Shown: positions 1 through 14,871 of the stretch, in pieces
Layout of the letters: each line of letters begins with the position of its first letter
Numbering within the stretch: the first letter of the stretch is position 1
Origin: Octopus sinensis
Lineage: Eukaryota
Length of the DNA: 64,000 bases
Reading direction: 5' to 3'
Assembly: GCF_006345805.1 (NCBI RefSeq)
Contig: NC_042999.1
Location: 144,274,001 to 144,338,000, forward strand
The notes under the pieces: generated by a model
Seen by the model: only the letters and a program-made list of their open reading frames with translations
The model's database searches: none
What the model was told of the DNA's origin: nothing
Position numbers and translations under genes: made by a program

Positions 1-120
1 AGCAAAGTTGACTTTGGCAAGATATGAATTCAGAATGTAAAGAACTGTAACTAAATACAGCTATGCTTCTGCTATTCTATTACCTGTGTTATATAATTCA
101 CACTCTACAATAATTTCTAA

Positions 121-352
121 TTTAGGTACAAAGCCAATAATTTTAAGAGGAGGAGTTAATCAATAATACTGACCATCCATCTCATGCCAGCATTGGAAAC
201 AGATGTTAAACGTGATGATGATGATGATGATAACTGACCCTAATACTTGACTGTTACTTTATTTTATTGATCTCAGAAGGATGAAAAGCAAAGTTGACTT
301 TGGCAAGATATGAATTCAGAATGTAAAGAACTGTAACTAAATACAGCTATGC
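121..352 (-). mobile_element. SINE family A interrupted by an RTE-type tail fragment (176-232)
   Basis: The family A core at 270-352 resumes after ccagcattggaaacagatgttaaacgtgatgatg. Confidence 0.7.
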
Positions 353-3300
353 ATCTTGTCTGAAGCTCTAATAGTTTTGCCAATTCTCCACCCTTTGATA
401 ATGATTTCTCCCATAGGCACAATGCCTCACATCTGGCAGAGAGATTATTCAGATAAATCAATAACTGGCATTGTTTTATTGACTTTAATTATAATAATAA
501 CACTGACAGATGCAATAACATACATTTTGAAAAAGAAAGAATTTTACAAATAAACGTCATTATTAACATCATTGTCTAAATACTCTTTTTTTTATGCGAG
601 TGCTGATGGCAATCCAGTATTTCTAAGCAAACAGTTCTGCATTAATGCAATTTACATTTTTTTATGTAAAAAGATGTATGTGTATTAATGTCATCACTGA
701 AGAATGAAACTTGCTCCAATCTAGCAAATAAATTTACTGAACTTGATGACATGTGACTTCAAAATATAGTGTTCAAATAGCAATAATTATTCTTAAGTTA
801 ACTCTTACTGGCCTATGGTAATTGCTTACTGTTTGAAACAAATTTAACATTTGGTTGTGGACCATTATAAAATGTGTAAAAGGACTTGTACACAAAAACA
901 CACACACAAGAAAGAGGGAGGAAAATATACTGGAATTTGTATGTGACAGGTCATAAGAACATTTTTTTAAATCAAACAAAATACGTTTGATTTGTCTCGT
1001 GATCAAGTTGCATAACTTCCTATGTGACAGTGGAAGGGACGTAACTCTCATAATGATATTGGCATTAGGTCATAAATTTGTAAGGAACAATGATAGCCAA
1101 TCCAGTATACTACCAACACTTATTTTGTAAATCCTAGTGAGCTGAAAGGCCATGTCAATCCCAACAGATTTTTAATTCAGAGTGAAAAGGACGTAACTGA
1201 ATACTTTAATATATTTTAGTTCAGTACTATTAATTTTTCCATTCCACTGCCTCTTTGTTTATTTTTTGAGTTGCTGGGTTTGGAAGAGGGTACAGTACCA
1301 ATGTTTGTCACAGGCCCAACAATACCAGTGAAATTGATGCTACTGAAAATCATTTTGAACCATTACAAGTCAGTATCTATGAAAAAAATATGAACAAAGA
1401 TGTTCCAGAGGTTGATATTCTGAAGAGTTAGAACTAGTTATAATGGTTAATGTGTAGTCTTGGGAGATTGGGTATAATAAGGGTGATGAGAAGAAAAGAA
1501 AGATAAGTGACTGAAGAATGCTTGAGTAGAGGTGACATTAGCCCAGCTAGTTCCAAGAAGTAGGTGTACATAAGGCAGAGAGAGGGTACAATCAATACTT
1601 CATAATGTGTCTCACCTGAGCTTCGCAAACTGTCAATTTTTAAGGGGTTAGGTATCTTCTAGCTCTGAAGAAATGAGCTAATCATTGGAATACAGTTCTA
1701 TATTAAGAACGTATTTTTATACTGAGGATTTCAGAAGAGATCCTCAGCACAGATGAGATTCAACATTTGGAATGATCAAGAGGACTCTATAGTTAGATGC
1801 TGCTTATGATTAAGTAGAGTGTAATGAAGGTTTTCTTGATATGAAGAGCATTTTTGATAATAGATTATAAGAGCAGTAAAACATATTAATGCCTCTACAT
1901 GAAGATCTCAATGTCGACTTCATATCACTAAAAATTAAATAAAATGAATTTTTCCCCAAGTTAATAATCTCTAGTGTCATTGCATATCTGACAGACTATA
2001 AAAATATTTTTGTTTGTTGCTTTTTTTTAATAAAAGGAGGGTCATGATGTTTACTGTTTACCTACTAATTACAGGGTCATAAAACTCACCACCATAGCAA
2101 TTATGTTATGTTTTTGAACTAAGTTTATAACAATGGAGCAGACCTATGATGAAAGGCATTCAAACTATGATCATCCTGTCTTTTTGGATATTTAAGAATA
2201 TATTATTCAATGTGTTTCTTGTTTTTTTCATTACCAGATAGGGGGGATTCTTGGTTGCAGTTTCTAGCAGGTTGAGTTACTACATACAAGCACTCTTGTA
2301 GGTGCTTGGCTGTTTAGCCAACAAGGACCACAGAGTTCACTCAAACTTCATAGTTAAGTGATTATATATCTTTTAATCAATCACTGTTAATCACATAACC
2401 AGCTATGAAAAGAACAATTGTCTGCTCCATCTAAACCAATACCAACCAGGCTATATGAAAAAAAAATGGATACAAAAACGTTTTTAATATGAATTTTGCA
2501 AAAACTGAATAAGAATCTAATAAAATATCAGTCAAAAGAAGGGAAGTAACTCAAAACTTCAAAACAAAGAAAAGGAAAGAAAATAAAGTGGTAGGAAAGT
2601 TGTAAAATGAAAACTAAAGAAGTAAAGAACAAACTGTATTATTCGTGTTTGAAAAAAAATTTATTTCCACTTCGAAACTACATACAAACGAAAAAAGAAT
2701 TCAATGTTTTGCAAGAATTGGTCATAAAAAAAAAAGAAAGAAAAAGAAAAAAAAACAGCATTTTTCAACATGGAGTGTTTTAATCAACAGTATAACATTT
2801 ATAAAGATTTTACTATTTTGCTTATCTTGCTACTTTACTAGATAGTGTTGCAGCAGAGTCAATAAGCTCTTTGATTGAAAAAAAAATGAAGAAAAGAAAA
2901 GGTTTAAGAAAGAAAAAAGTTTAAGAAAAGAAAATGAAAAAGAAAAAGAAAGCTCACCCATATTTGGGCATCACTAAACACCAAAACCCAACATCACATA
3001 GTGATATTCAGAGATTTTTGTATTATTTAAATTTTTATTTTGGCATTTTTGGTTTTTGTCTTTATTTATTTATTTTTTTTTAGTTATATAAAGAAAATAT
3101 AGGGACAGTATGTACAGGGCAGGGTAGTATTTAGTAATTAATCAGGAGTTAGTGCAACCAAATCTCATCTATCAAGTTCAAAACAATTTTGTGGGGAAAG
3201 AAAGTGATCCTTTCCTCCTCTTTTGACTTAAGGGAGAATTCTAGTTTTAGTTTTGGAGATATTTCACCTGGCTTTAACAGTTTATAAATTTAAAAATGAC

Positions 3301-5544
3301 CCCAACAACACATCATCTTATGAGTGTCCGTGTGTGATAACTGTATATTATTCCTGTTTTACCATAAAAATTTAGGGAGGGAGGGGAACAGAAATTACCC
3401 ATTTTTTTTATTTTCACTTGTTATAACTATGTATGCATACATATGTATATATATATATTTACACAAACATTTCTGCACACTAATACATATGGGTAAATAT
3501 ACATATACAAACACAGAAATTTCTCAGGGAAAACTTCCTCAAAAGTATGCACAGCTAGTTGACTAGTACCCAACCACCCTATGTCTGTCTCTCTCAACAT
3601 TTTTCCTCAGACATTTTTCCAGTCATAAAGAATTTAAATAATGGATATGCATTCATCTTGCTGTAATTTGTGGACATCATGTAAAAAAAAAAAAAAAAAA
3701 TCAAATCCAATTTCTATTCTTCAATGATCACTTTTATTCAAATCAAAATTTTATATTTGAACTGGTTTCAATTTCTACCTTTCTTTCAAATACCCATTTA
3801 AAAGAATTAGCCACTTTAGCCAATATATATATATATTTATATTATAAAAATATATTTTTTTCAGTTGAAAGTATCGCATATTGCATAATTTTGTAGAAAT
3901 ATTATTTCAATTTATACAGCATTATTTATTATCATGAAAATGCTTTATTTATTTATTTTTTTTATTATTTATACTCAATTTCTTATTCAATCTGGACATT
4001 TTTAAAATGGATGAAATGTGATACTGACAAAGGACTGGATGGAAAATAATACATGAAACTCTTTAAAGAAATAACATTCTTTAAAACAATAGTAAAATAA
4101 GGAATGTATAAGAATTTATAAAAAATAGGAGCAAAACAGAAGAAAATTAAGTAAAGAAGAAAAAATAACAATATTGTTAGCCATCAAAATATTATTTACT
4201 TTAACACATCTACAATTTGGTTGAGAATCAACTTTTAACACACTATTATGTTTATAATTTTAATGATTTAATGAAATTCCACACATGAGAAAGGGCAAAT
4301 GCTGACATTAACTAAGCAGAATGTGAAACAAATAGTTATGTCAAATTGTTTATTTATAAAACAAATATCTATTCTGTTCTGTTTAACTACACATCTGATA
4401 TTTGGAGGGAGGTCATGTTCAGTATATTACTAAATATCATTAGTTTTAAAGCCTACCAAAGTTCATTCTTGCCTTTCATTCCAGTGATAGAAATTAACAA
4501 AAAGAAGAATTCTAATTTTTTCTTGTACCAATCAACTATGCCTCACTTTCTCTTCCCTACCCCCTTTACAACAAACATTGTGGCTAGTGTACATTACAAT
4601 AAGAACAAGAAAACTCATATGCTGATCAATGATGCCAAAATTCTGGCTGCCTTGTTTACACTAACTCAGACAAAATACAAAACAGTGACTATAAAATGAT
4701 GACTATAAAATAGTAAGTTGCACAGCAAACTGGATGAAACACAAACACTCAATGAAAACTTTAACAGTGTAGACTAGACTAAGGTGAAGATATATTCAGT
4801 GGAGATAGACTAATGTGCTCTCAAATGCTGGATTAGCTTCCTCCCAACTATAGCTTGCCATCAATCTCTTAATATTATCAACCAATGTATGACAAATATT
4901 GTATTGATAATGAGAAATTTGCTATGTCAGTAAGAGTTTGATATGGGTTAACAATTACATTCAATATAAGTCTATACTATTTGACATTAATAAAGGATCA
5001 TTACTGGAGTTTAATTTCTTCCATTTCACTACCACATAAACAAGACCAGCCCAACCTATTTTATTACGACAAAAAGAATATTAAAGTTTCTTGTTTACCA
5101 TTTAACCTTCTCAATATGTCAGTTAAATTTTCCTTTACAAACTATTTTTAAAATAGGAAACATGCAATAAGCTCTAAATCTTAATAAAATATGTCGCACA
5201 AAAACAAATCAGTTATATCTAAAAACCCTGATCGATTGCTTTTTTCATCAGTTGTATCAATATTTGCTGAAGTAGGATTGGCTAGAGCTATACAACTATA
5301 ACAAAATCACACACAGGCCAAAATACAGTTGGATAAATCAATAGGATAGTGAACAAACGAAGAAGACGATAGCTTATATCCTTTTCCTTAACAACTGCAT
5401 TCTCTTTGGCCAACACACTACCTAACTCATAAATAGCATAGTTACCTAGCCGTGAGCAGGTAGCAATGGATAAGAATAACTCATAAGATTCAAAGGCTTC
5501 ATTAGCTTGCAGCATGGATTAACACCTGCATATTCTATCATGGA

Positions 5545-5843
5545 AGTGTATGGTTCAGTGGTTAGAACATCAGGCTCACAATCATTGGACTGTATATTGT
5601 GTCTTTGAGCAACACACTTTATTTAACACTTCTCCAGTTCAGTCAGCTGTACAAATGAGTTATGTCACTGGCACCAAGTTGTATTGGCCTTTGCCTTCCC
5701 TTGGATAACATCAATGGCATGGAGAGGGGAGGTTGGTATGCATGAGTGACTACTGTTCTTCCTTACCCAGACTTGTGCCTTGAGGGTAACTTTCTTGGTG
5801 CAATCCCATGGTCATTCATGACCAAAGGAGGTCTTTACCCTTT
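5545..5843 (+). mobile_element. tRNA-derived SINE with internal deletion
   Basis: tggttcagtggttagaacatcaggctcacaatc head, CORE-like gtctttgagcaacacacttt segment, tail ggtctttacccttt. Confidence 0.65.
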
Positions 5844-8800
5844 ATTCTATCATAAAGTGAAGAAATATCAGGCTTCCTTGCTCTACATTCACTACCATCA
5901 TACTGTATAATTCTTTGTAAATAATTACAGAATTTGGTAAGTGCAGAATTTGGTGCTTGGGTAATTCCTAAAGTATTTTCAATTAATAAAAGAAATTTAT
6001 ATATGCATGCAAATAACATTTGGCTGTTCAAACTGGAGAAAGAGTATTATTTGAAACCAATTACCTACTATTTGTGAATCTTCAGATAAGATTTTTTTAT
6101 TGCCTGAAAGCTTACACATAGCAAGAAACTGAGTAGTAACGGAGCACTATTCAGTTTCTTCTAAGTAAACTCTTACATATATAAAATACATACACAAACA
6201 CACACACATGTATCATGTGTGTGTGTGTGTGTATGCATATATATATACATACACACACATATATATATATACATATACACACATGTATCATATGTATACA
6301 TATTTATGCATATAACACACACACACAAATACACAAATGTTATTCAAATTTCAAATGACACTCAAGTATCTTTTATTATAACAGTACAATAAAGATATAA
6401 GTAAGTAGAGATTTCTTTCCACTAAGCACAAAGCCAATTCATAGTTTAGGGTTCATAGTCCAGCACACTAGTAGAAGACATTTCACTCATCTCCAGTAGG
6501 ATGTCAATTCAGGATAATATCAGACTTAGCTTTTTTTTTTTACAGGTACAGTGTCTGAGCTGGTATTGTTATAGCTGAGATACCTGTAATCATTACTCTG
6601 CTTGATTAGAACTGAGCTGAGGCTATAACAACACTGACAGTAGTTGACCCAATTTCTTCTATAATCTGAGCATAAGAACAATTCCTGATGGAGAAGCATA
6701 GTTGATTTCAACATTGTCAATATATTGTTTATGCACATTTTACTAACAATGCAGATATTGATTTGCAACATAGACACAAGGCTACAAAATCCAGTAGAGA
6801 ATAGTCAATTATATTGACCCTATTACTTGATTGGCACTTAGGTTTGAACCCCTGAAATTCTGAACATACAGGGATGTAACTAAAGACAAGGTATTTCGTT
6901 TGCCATTCTACAGATTCTTCCAATCCACCGCTTTATAGTTGAAATATTATCAGCAATTACAAAAACACAGGTTACAGAAGAGAACTATAATTTAATAAAA
7001 TTGGATATAATAGAGTCAATTTCTAAAATTTTATATTACAAAATAATTACCATAAAAAAATAGTGTTATACAACAGATAACTCCTAATCAAGAACAATAA
7101 AGTTCAAAAAAATAATTTTCTTTTAATATAAATGGCAGTGAATTAGCAGAATCTTTCAGGCATTGGACCAAATGTGGTTTTTGTTCTGGCATTTTACATT
7201 CCAAGGTTAAATCTTGCTGATCTTGATTTTTAGCCATCATCACTCTGAAGTCAGTAAAATAAAAGTTCCAGTCAAATACTGGAGTGCAAGCCTTTCTCCA
7301 TCCCTCTATCATGTTTTGGATATTCCACTTGGTCAAAAGTCGGGGATGAGAGGGAATCTGTATTTATTTACAACTACATTAGTGAAATGTCTGATGCATG
7401 TTGATGTGATATCATACTCAATTTCAAATGAAAGCCATATGTAATTAGAGCTGACAATTGACTGAAAGACCTTAATATATCAGTAGAAAGGCAGAAAAAC
7501 CCTATACTAAATTGAGCACCTTACTGTTCTGGGTTCAATCCTGCCAGAGACAATTTTGATTTTTGTTTCATAGGATGCAGGGATTCAATAAAATGAAGTA
7601 CCAGTAATATATTGCTTGAATCAGTTGACAATGCTTTGCTCCAAAACTATCTTTAACTAGAACCACATTCCTTAGCAAACATGTAGTCAAGAATGCACAA
7701 TCACTGTTTTGCAGCAAAATAGTGACTACATCATCTATACTAACCTAACAGCTAGAATACACTCAGGCATCAACAATATAGGCTGGCACTCACACTTACA
7801 TGTTGGTTTCCCAAATGCTCATGGTCATTACGGTGAGCTTAGTTTACACAAACTGTCAACATAAAGCATTTTTAATGTTGGTGAACTGAAAATTAAATAA
7901 AAGGTATGCCCAAGGCCTTAAATTAAGTTAAAGATAGCAATAAAACAAGAAGCACTTAAGTTACCAACATTTTGATTATTATCTGGTACAAGAAGCTGAT
8001 CTTCAATATGGCTGACAATCAATCATAGGCAATGATCAAATTGTGAAATCAATGCATGTGATATAAATTCATCAGTTAAGATACATATTATGTGGTGTCT
8101 ACAAAAAGGACAGTACTGTAGTTATCATTTTGCTTGCTTTATAAAAATATACAGATAGATATCACAGTATGTTAGTAACAATATATATCGTTAACACAAA
8201 AAAATCACATCAACATTGTCTATGGTGTCATATTCTGCATGTTTCATTGAAACTTGAGGGATGTATGATTCAATTTTCACTATGTGTGTTCCTTTTTCTA
8301 CTTACTCTTGACTCAAGAAGATAATCAATATATGTGAATACCTCAGGCTGGTGGCAAAATCCCAGCAAGTCAAGTATGGGATGCAGATTCAATTCCAGGG
8401 TGAGCCATTTCAATCATTTGTTCCTCACATCTGCATTATCTGGGCACAATCAAGACAGTGGAGAGAGAGAGAGAGATAGTCTCTTCCAAATTGACTTCCC
8501 AACAAGGATTAATGGGATGTTTTCATTTACATTTCACATACACAAACACACACACACATTGCTCTGTATGCATATGTATATACAGATGTGTGTACATGTA
8601 TGTGCACACGCACTCACACAAACTAAGAAACGGAGATTTTACCAATTTAACCAAACTGAATAAATATCCAGCACTGATAAAATGTAATAAAATATCTCAT
8701 AGAAAATGTAATGCTTTCAGACAAGTTAATATTTTGTTGTAAGAATTATGCCACAGGATTTTGTCATGGAACAAAGTTGTCTAAAGATATATAGAGCATG

Positions 8801-9559
8801 GTTTACACATTGTGGCAGAATAATAAAAATACTTATATATAAACAAAAAAATATTGTTATTCACAAAATAACATATCTTAAGCATGAAACTGAAAAGAGG
8901 AGGCCTAACAAAGGGTATTTCTTTTTATCTGTCTAATATCACTTCATGAAAATATCAGCAGTTAATTCACTATCTTAAATTACATTACTGAACAAAAAAT
9001 AGAAAAACATGCTTTATTATGGGATAAAAAGTGCCAGAAAATATAAAAGCAAGATTACATCAGAGCCTTTGCATTACAACAAATATGACATAATTTGAAT
9101 TCAAATAATGAACTTCAAATTAACATATTAAAATTTTTATTGTTTCTATGAAAAAATATGTAACAACAGACAGATTTAATGACAATTATATTAGCAACAA
9201 TAACAGAGGAGTTGCAGAATAGACAAAGGTTAAATGCAATGCTCTAAGATATCTTTGAAATTTAATGCTTAGGTCTGGGCCCTAGCTTCCTGGTGTTCAA
9301 TACAAGAGATAAATTTCTCCTAGTTAGGATGTCAATCAATTTTATGTACAATTTCTAAATGATCTGCCATCTAGTTTCAAAATTTAAGTGAACTAAGATA
9401 GATAATGTTAAAACAAAGTGTCCTATCCCAAAACATAATAAAATATATTAAAGCAACTAATTTGAAGTCACAGCCATAATCAGTTTAATTATCTATTTTG
9501 CTTCTGCTGAATAAATAAGCTTACACTTTTGATGATATTCAATAGAAAAGAAATCCTTC

Positions 9560-11330
9560 ATTCTTTTGTTAACTAAATCTACTTTAGTGCTGTAAAGTAC
9601 CAACTACACATCCTTTTTGCCCCCACCTTCTCATCACACATATACACTTCATAGGATCATTTGAATTAAAGTAACTCAATTTGCACATTCTTACTAAGTT
9701 ACCAATTCTGCTCTGACTACTGCTAGCCACAAATGTGCTTCAACACTCACCCTACTAAAGCAGCTAAGAGGATAACCACTACTACCTTCTTAATCCTTTA
9801 TATAACAAAAACCCACAACTGCCAAGACCCTCAAATGATTTATTTGTAACTGCACTTCAGCATTACACTGCAATGCCTACAAGAAACCTTCATGCATTGC
9901 ATGGCCTGCAAGCTCTCAGCAAAAATTGCTGGCAGTCTTTTTTTTTTTTTTTTGCTTACTTATCATTCCTGAACAAAGACAGCTCTGTAAATAGAACTCT
10001 TACTGAAAAAGAGCCATTTTTTTCTGTGTGCCTTTGCACACACTCAAAATAAACAAAAAGTTAATGTCAAAATTCCTTTTGCATCATTACCACTTACACA
10101 TTGTTACTAGGTACAAAAATTTCACCAATCACTCCAAATCAACAAGATAACTAACCCTAGCAATGGCTTTCCTATTTTCTTCCGTCAATTTCTATCCTCA
10201 CTCAAATTTTCAACTTTTTTCTCTCTAGGAATCAACCTTAATGTATGGAAACACACTTCCAATATCTCAAAGGTGATGTAAACAATCATGAACAACCACC
10301 TCCTTCATCACTTTCAGACTCTCTTTTCTCACTGATTTCCAGTACAGTTTCTGCAGAGCCATGTCGAACAGAGACTTATTTTGCTATGTTATACAACAAT
10401 GGGTACCAATGTTATTGGTCAACATCACTAAAATCTGGGATCAGAAATACCAACTTAAGCTGCCTATGGATTTCCTACATATCTCAAATCAGGAACCTAC
10501 TCTCAAAGTGTTCCTTGGTACCTTGCACAAATGGGATCTCTCCAGCTCATTCTATCAACTATTGGTAACCTGTAAGTTATTATGCCTTTCACATGCTCAC
10601 TTCCTGTTCCTTAAACGTAGCAACAAGTATGTCACTACTACAGTTTAATAACACACTTGCTGATACTTTTAAGTATATAAACTCCTACAACGATGATACT
10701 ACAGTCCACTTCTTTTTAACTTTTGACATCATCCACATAACACCTCATGTCAGATATGAACTATTCTCTTTCAGCAACAATCAGCAATTACACATACCAA
10801 CTTAAGACTCTATGGTCTCTCATGGTGACATCATCCAGCTAGACTGCTTTAGAGTCATATAAAATTCCAATTTTACAAAACTCAAATGCATCTACATTAT
10901 AGAACAATGCACAAATCTGGAATAGTTCTGCAGTGACATACACAAACAGATACCATGTCCAACTAAAAGTCATTCAGCTGATTGGTGGAAATTCTCTTAC
11001 CAAAATGCTACAACCACTAGTGTATAGATATGTTGCTGTTTCATTCTTTCTCTTATTGCTACTACTACAGTCTCTGTTATTTTGAAATAGCAAGCGATAT
11101 ACAACATCTATCCACTGATTCACTTAACCCTCCTCTTCCTGTCCTCCCTACCAAAATACTGCAGTCATCAAGACTTCTCTTGTTACCAATGTTTGTCCTG
11201 CAGATGTTGACCTACAAAAGTCTACACTGGACACAAATTATGTCCATCTCACCACTCCGTGAAGGACTACAAATGTCATGAATGCTGCTTCTCTTCTACT
11301 GACTGATTTTTTAAAATGTGTCATTACCAG
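9560..11330 (+). mobile_element. Heavily decayed CR1/L2-group LINE RT
   Basis: SYNDDTTVH at about 10685-10710 resembles the YADD catalytic motif, preceded by an LLF-IND-like segment. Pyrimidine-rich with many stops; boundaries approximate. Confidence 0.55.
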
Positions 11331-11440
11331 TAGTCAAATTAAAGTAGTAATGTTTCATTGCTCTTTATACTTGTGTGGAATTTCATTAATGCAAAATATA
11401 AATGGCCAAAATATGTGACAAAAATATATAAAAAGCATAC

Positions 11441-11487
<47 letters not shown>

Positions 11488-11900
11488 CCTTTCTACTATA
11501 GGCACAAGGCTTGAAATTTGGGGGAGGGGACATTGACCCCAGTGCTCAAATGGTACTTATTTTATCAACCTTGAAGTGATGAAAGGCAAAGTTAACCGCA
11601 GCAGAATTTCAACTAAGAATGTGAAAAGCCAGAAAAAATGTTGCTCAGTATCTTGTCCAACACGTTAACTATTCAGCTAGCTCACCACCATAATAATAAT
11701 AATAACAACAACAACAATAATTTTGAACACCAGCACAAAGTCACACATTTGTAAAGGAGGGAATAACTCCAGTAGTTACCTAGTACTTGTTTTATGAATC
11801 TCTGATAAAAGGGTTGAAGCATTAAGTAGACCTTGCAGCTTTGAAAGTCAGAATGTAGAGTGATATAACTAAAACCATTTCTGTCACTCTACTACCTTGC
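11488..11900 (-). mobile_element. Two tandem copies of an abundant tRNA-derived SINE with (ATT)n tail (family A)
   Basis: Plus strand reads cctttctactataggcacaagg...ggatgaaaggcaaag...ctcaccacc, separated by (AAT/AAC)n. Confidence 0.85.
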
Positions 11901-11905
11901 ACAAT

Positions 11906-11945
<40 letters not shown>

Positions 11946-13163
11946 CATTATTATTATTATTGACAATGATGATAATAGTAATGAGCTTTATTTTCTGTAT
12001 CTGTTATGGTTCTAACACCAAACTAGAAGTTCATTATTTTGAATCAGTATTTCAAAATTTAGTTCTCAAATAAATCAAGATTAACTGAATGTTTATATAT
12101 ACATATACAAAGAATATGAAACAACATGTATAATCAGAGAGGTGCTAATATAAAAAAATGTGTGGGAAAATGTGTTCCCTAATACTTTCTCATTTGTCAG
12201 GCTTTTAGATTGTAAGTTGTATGCCTCTATATTTATGTACATTTGCACTACATAAAATCACAACTTTATAACTGTATAGTATTGTTGTTGTTCAACCCAA
12301 GATTGGCTCTGAACAAGTGGACTTATGATTAAAGGCATTTTAGCTAGATTTGGCCACTATTTCTAACAATTTCATAGAGGTGCCCCTCATCACTTCTTTG
12401 GATCTCTTCTTGGGTGCAGGTTATACATATTGAGTTTGGTGAATTTTATTAACTGAGTTATGATACCAACACATTACAGATTACCTTAGAGCTTTTCTTT
12501 CTTTTTTTTTTTTGAGGGGTGGGGCTCTTTGATAATTGTGTATGAGAGCTTGTGTTTACTTGTATAACATTTAAATCACTAGTTTCCATGGATTAGTTTG
12601 TACTTTTGATAATTATGTGTCTGGATTGAAATAAAAGCATGAAACCAAACAGAACTAAAGTTAATATTACTTAGCACCAAAGCACAGCCATATGAAAAAC
12701 AGTTCACTTCACAACTATATGGTTTCAGGTTCAATCCCATGGATAAGTGACTTCTACCATTTACCTCAGCTCAATGGAAAACTTATGAGTGAAATTTGGT
12801 AGATGAAAACTGCGTGGAAGCTCATCAAGGGGACCATTTCTGTTCTGAGCAGTACACTTGACCCATCACCCAGTCTAACAACATCATTTGGTTCTTGGAC
12901 ACCTTTAGCTGAGTTGCAAATATTAAGATCAGATCTCAGATCTGTGACAAACATTCTCCCAACCTCCCACCACACAAAGAAGTCCTGAAAAATATTATAA
13001 GTACTATTCTTCCTCCTCTAACTAAACACAAAAAAAATTTCATCCAAAATAAATACTACTAAATTCTATATTCATACCTACCATACACATATACAAATGC
13101 ATACCACAATTCAGTTAATTTTTGTTGTCAGAAGATGATGATGATAATAATAATAATAATAAT

Positions 13164-13760
13164 GGCTTCAAATTTTGGAACATGGCCAGCAGTTTTTGAG
13201 GAGAGGGGGAAGTCAAATGCATCAACCCCAGTACTTGACTGGTACTTATTCTATTGATCCCAAAAGGATGAAAGGCAAAGTCAACCCTGACAGAGTTTCA
13301 ACTCATATCATAAACATAGACAAAAATACTGCTAAGCATTTTGTCTGATGTGCTAACTTTTCTCCCAGTTTACCACCTTATTTGGCACAAGGCCTACATA
13401 TTTTCATTTTTTTTTTAGTTTAAGTGGTAATTTGATTTCATTGACCCTAGTGCTCAACAGGTAATTATTTTATCAACCCCAAAAGGTGAAAGGCAAAGTT
13501 GACCTCGGTGGCATTTGAACTCATTTTGATTGATGCAGTAATAACCTGCCAGCTTACTGCCTTAATAATAATCCTTTCTACTATAGGCACAAGGCCCGAA
13601 ATTTAAGGGAAAGAGACTAGTAGATTACATAAATTCCAGTGTGTCACTGGTATTTAATTCAACTTGAAAGGATGAAAGGCAAAGACGACCTCAGCACAAT
13701 TTGAACTCAAAACATAAAGATGGACAAAATGCCATGAAACATTTTGCCCAGCGTGCTAAT
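13164..13760 (-). mobile_element. Three tandem copies of SINE family A
   Basis: gaaaggcaaag core at about 13270, 13490 and 13675; taataat spacers. Confidence 0.85.
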
Positions 13761-14623
13761 AACAATAATAATAATATAGTAATATAATATTAATAATAAT
13801 AATGATGTATATCAGTACACACAACAATCCTAATTTATCTAGGAGTGTGGACAGTTGATGAAAATAAAATTTATCAAAATATTTAACACACACAAAATTC
13901 AAACAAAGTAACAGTTAATCAAATTACAGCAAATACGAAAATAATTTCCTTTTCTAAAAAAATTTACTGTAACACCTTATTAAAATAATAGTTTTATATT
14001 TAAATATTAAAACTAGTCTAACTTAAGTGTATCCTATGTTTATGTTGACAATCTACAAACTAGAATTTGTTTCTTTTACGGTAAGCATAAACATTATAGG
14101 CACACACACACGTGTGTGTGTGTGTGCATACATGCACAGTTACCATACAGTGAAATTATAATGTGCATTATAATTTTGCTGAACGGATAAAAAGGAGAGG
14201 ATAAAAGCAGCACCATTTTCAAATACTGATTCAGTTACCACACATTTTGAACTAGTCATCATAAAAGTGATAGCGATATTAACATAAACTACACCGGGTT
14301 TTCAAACAAAAATGAGACATACACACTGTATAACATTTTAATATATAAAAAAAAATTATTTTAATATAACGTTCCTTTAACTTTTTACTTTATTTTGAAT
14401 ATTTGCTATAAAGAGATAAATTAGATAAATCGATTTTGGAGGGTTAATTGCTCTTCATGACTTGCATTTTAATGAATTGTTTCTTAAGAATTAACACCAA
14501 ACAAATAATCTAATAGATGACAGTTTAGCTACATTTAAATGATGACCATTTATATCAAGGGATATTTTTCTGTACACAAAGAGTTATTTTAAAGAATATT
14601 TGCAGATAAAACAATGATTTTAT

Positions 14624-14624
<1 letters not shown>

Positions 14625-14654
<30 letters not shown>

Positions 14655-14676
14655 AATATATATGTATGTATGTATG

Positions 14677-14720
<44 letters not shown>

Positions 14721-14840
14721 TGTGTGTATATATATATATGTGTGTGTTTGTGTGTGTGCATATATATATATGTGTATGTGTGTGTGTGTATATATATATA
14801 TGTATGTATATATATGTATATATATATATATGTATGTATA

Positions 14841-14871
<31 letters not shown>

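Noticed and set aside
7800-7885. Minus-strand segment with strong acceptor and gtaagt donor
   Set aside because: There are stops in all three frames, and such pseudo-exons are common in AT-rich introns. A poison exon cannot be excluded without RNA data.
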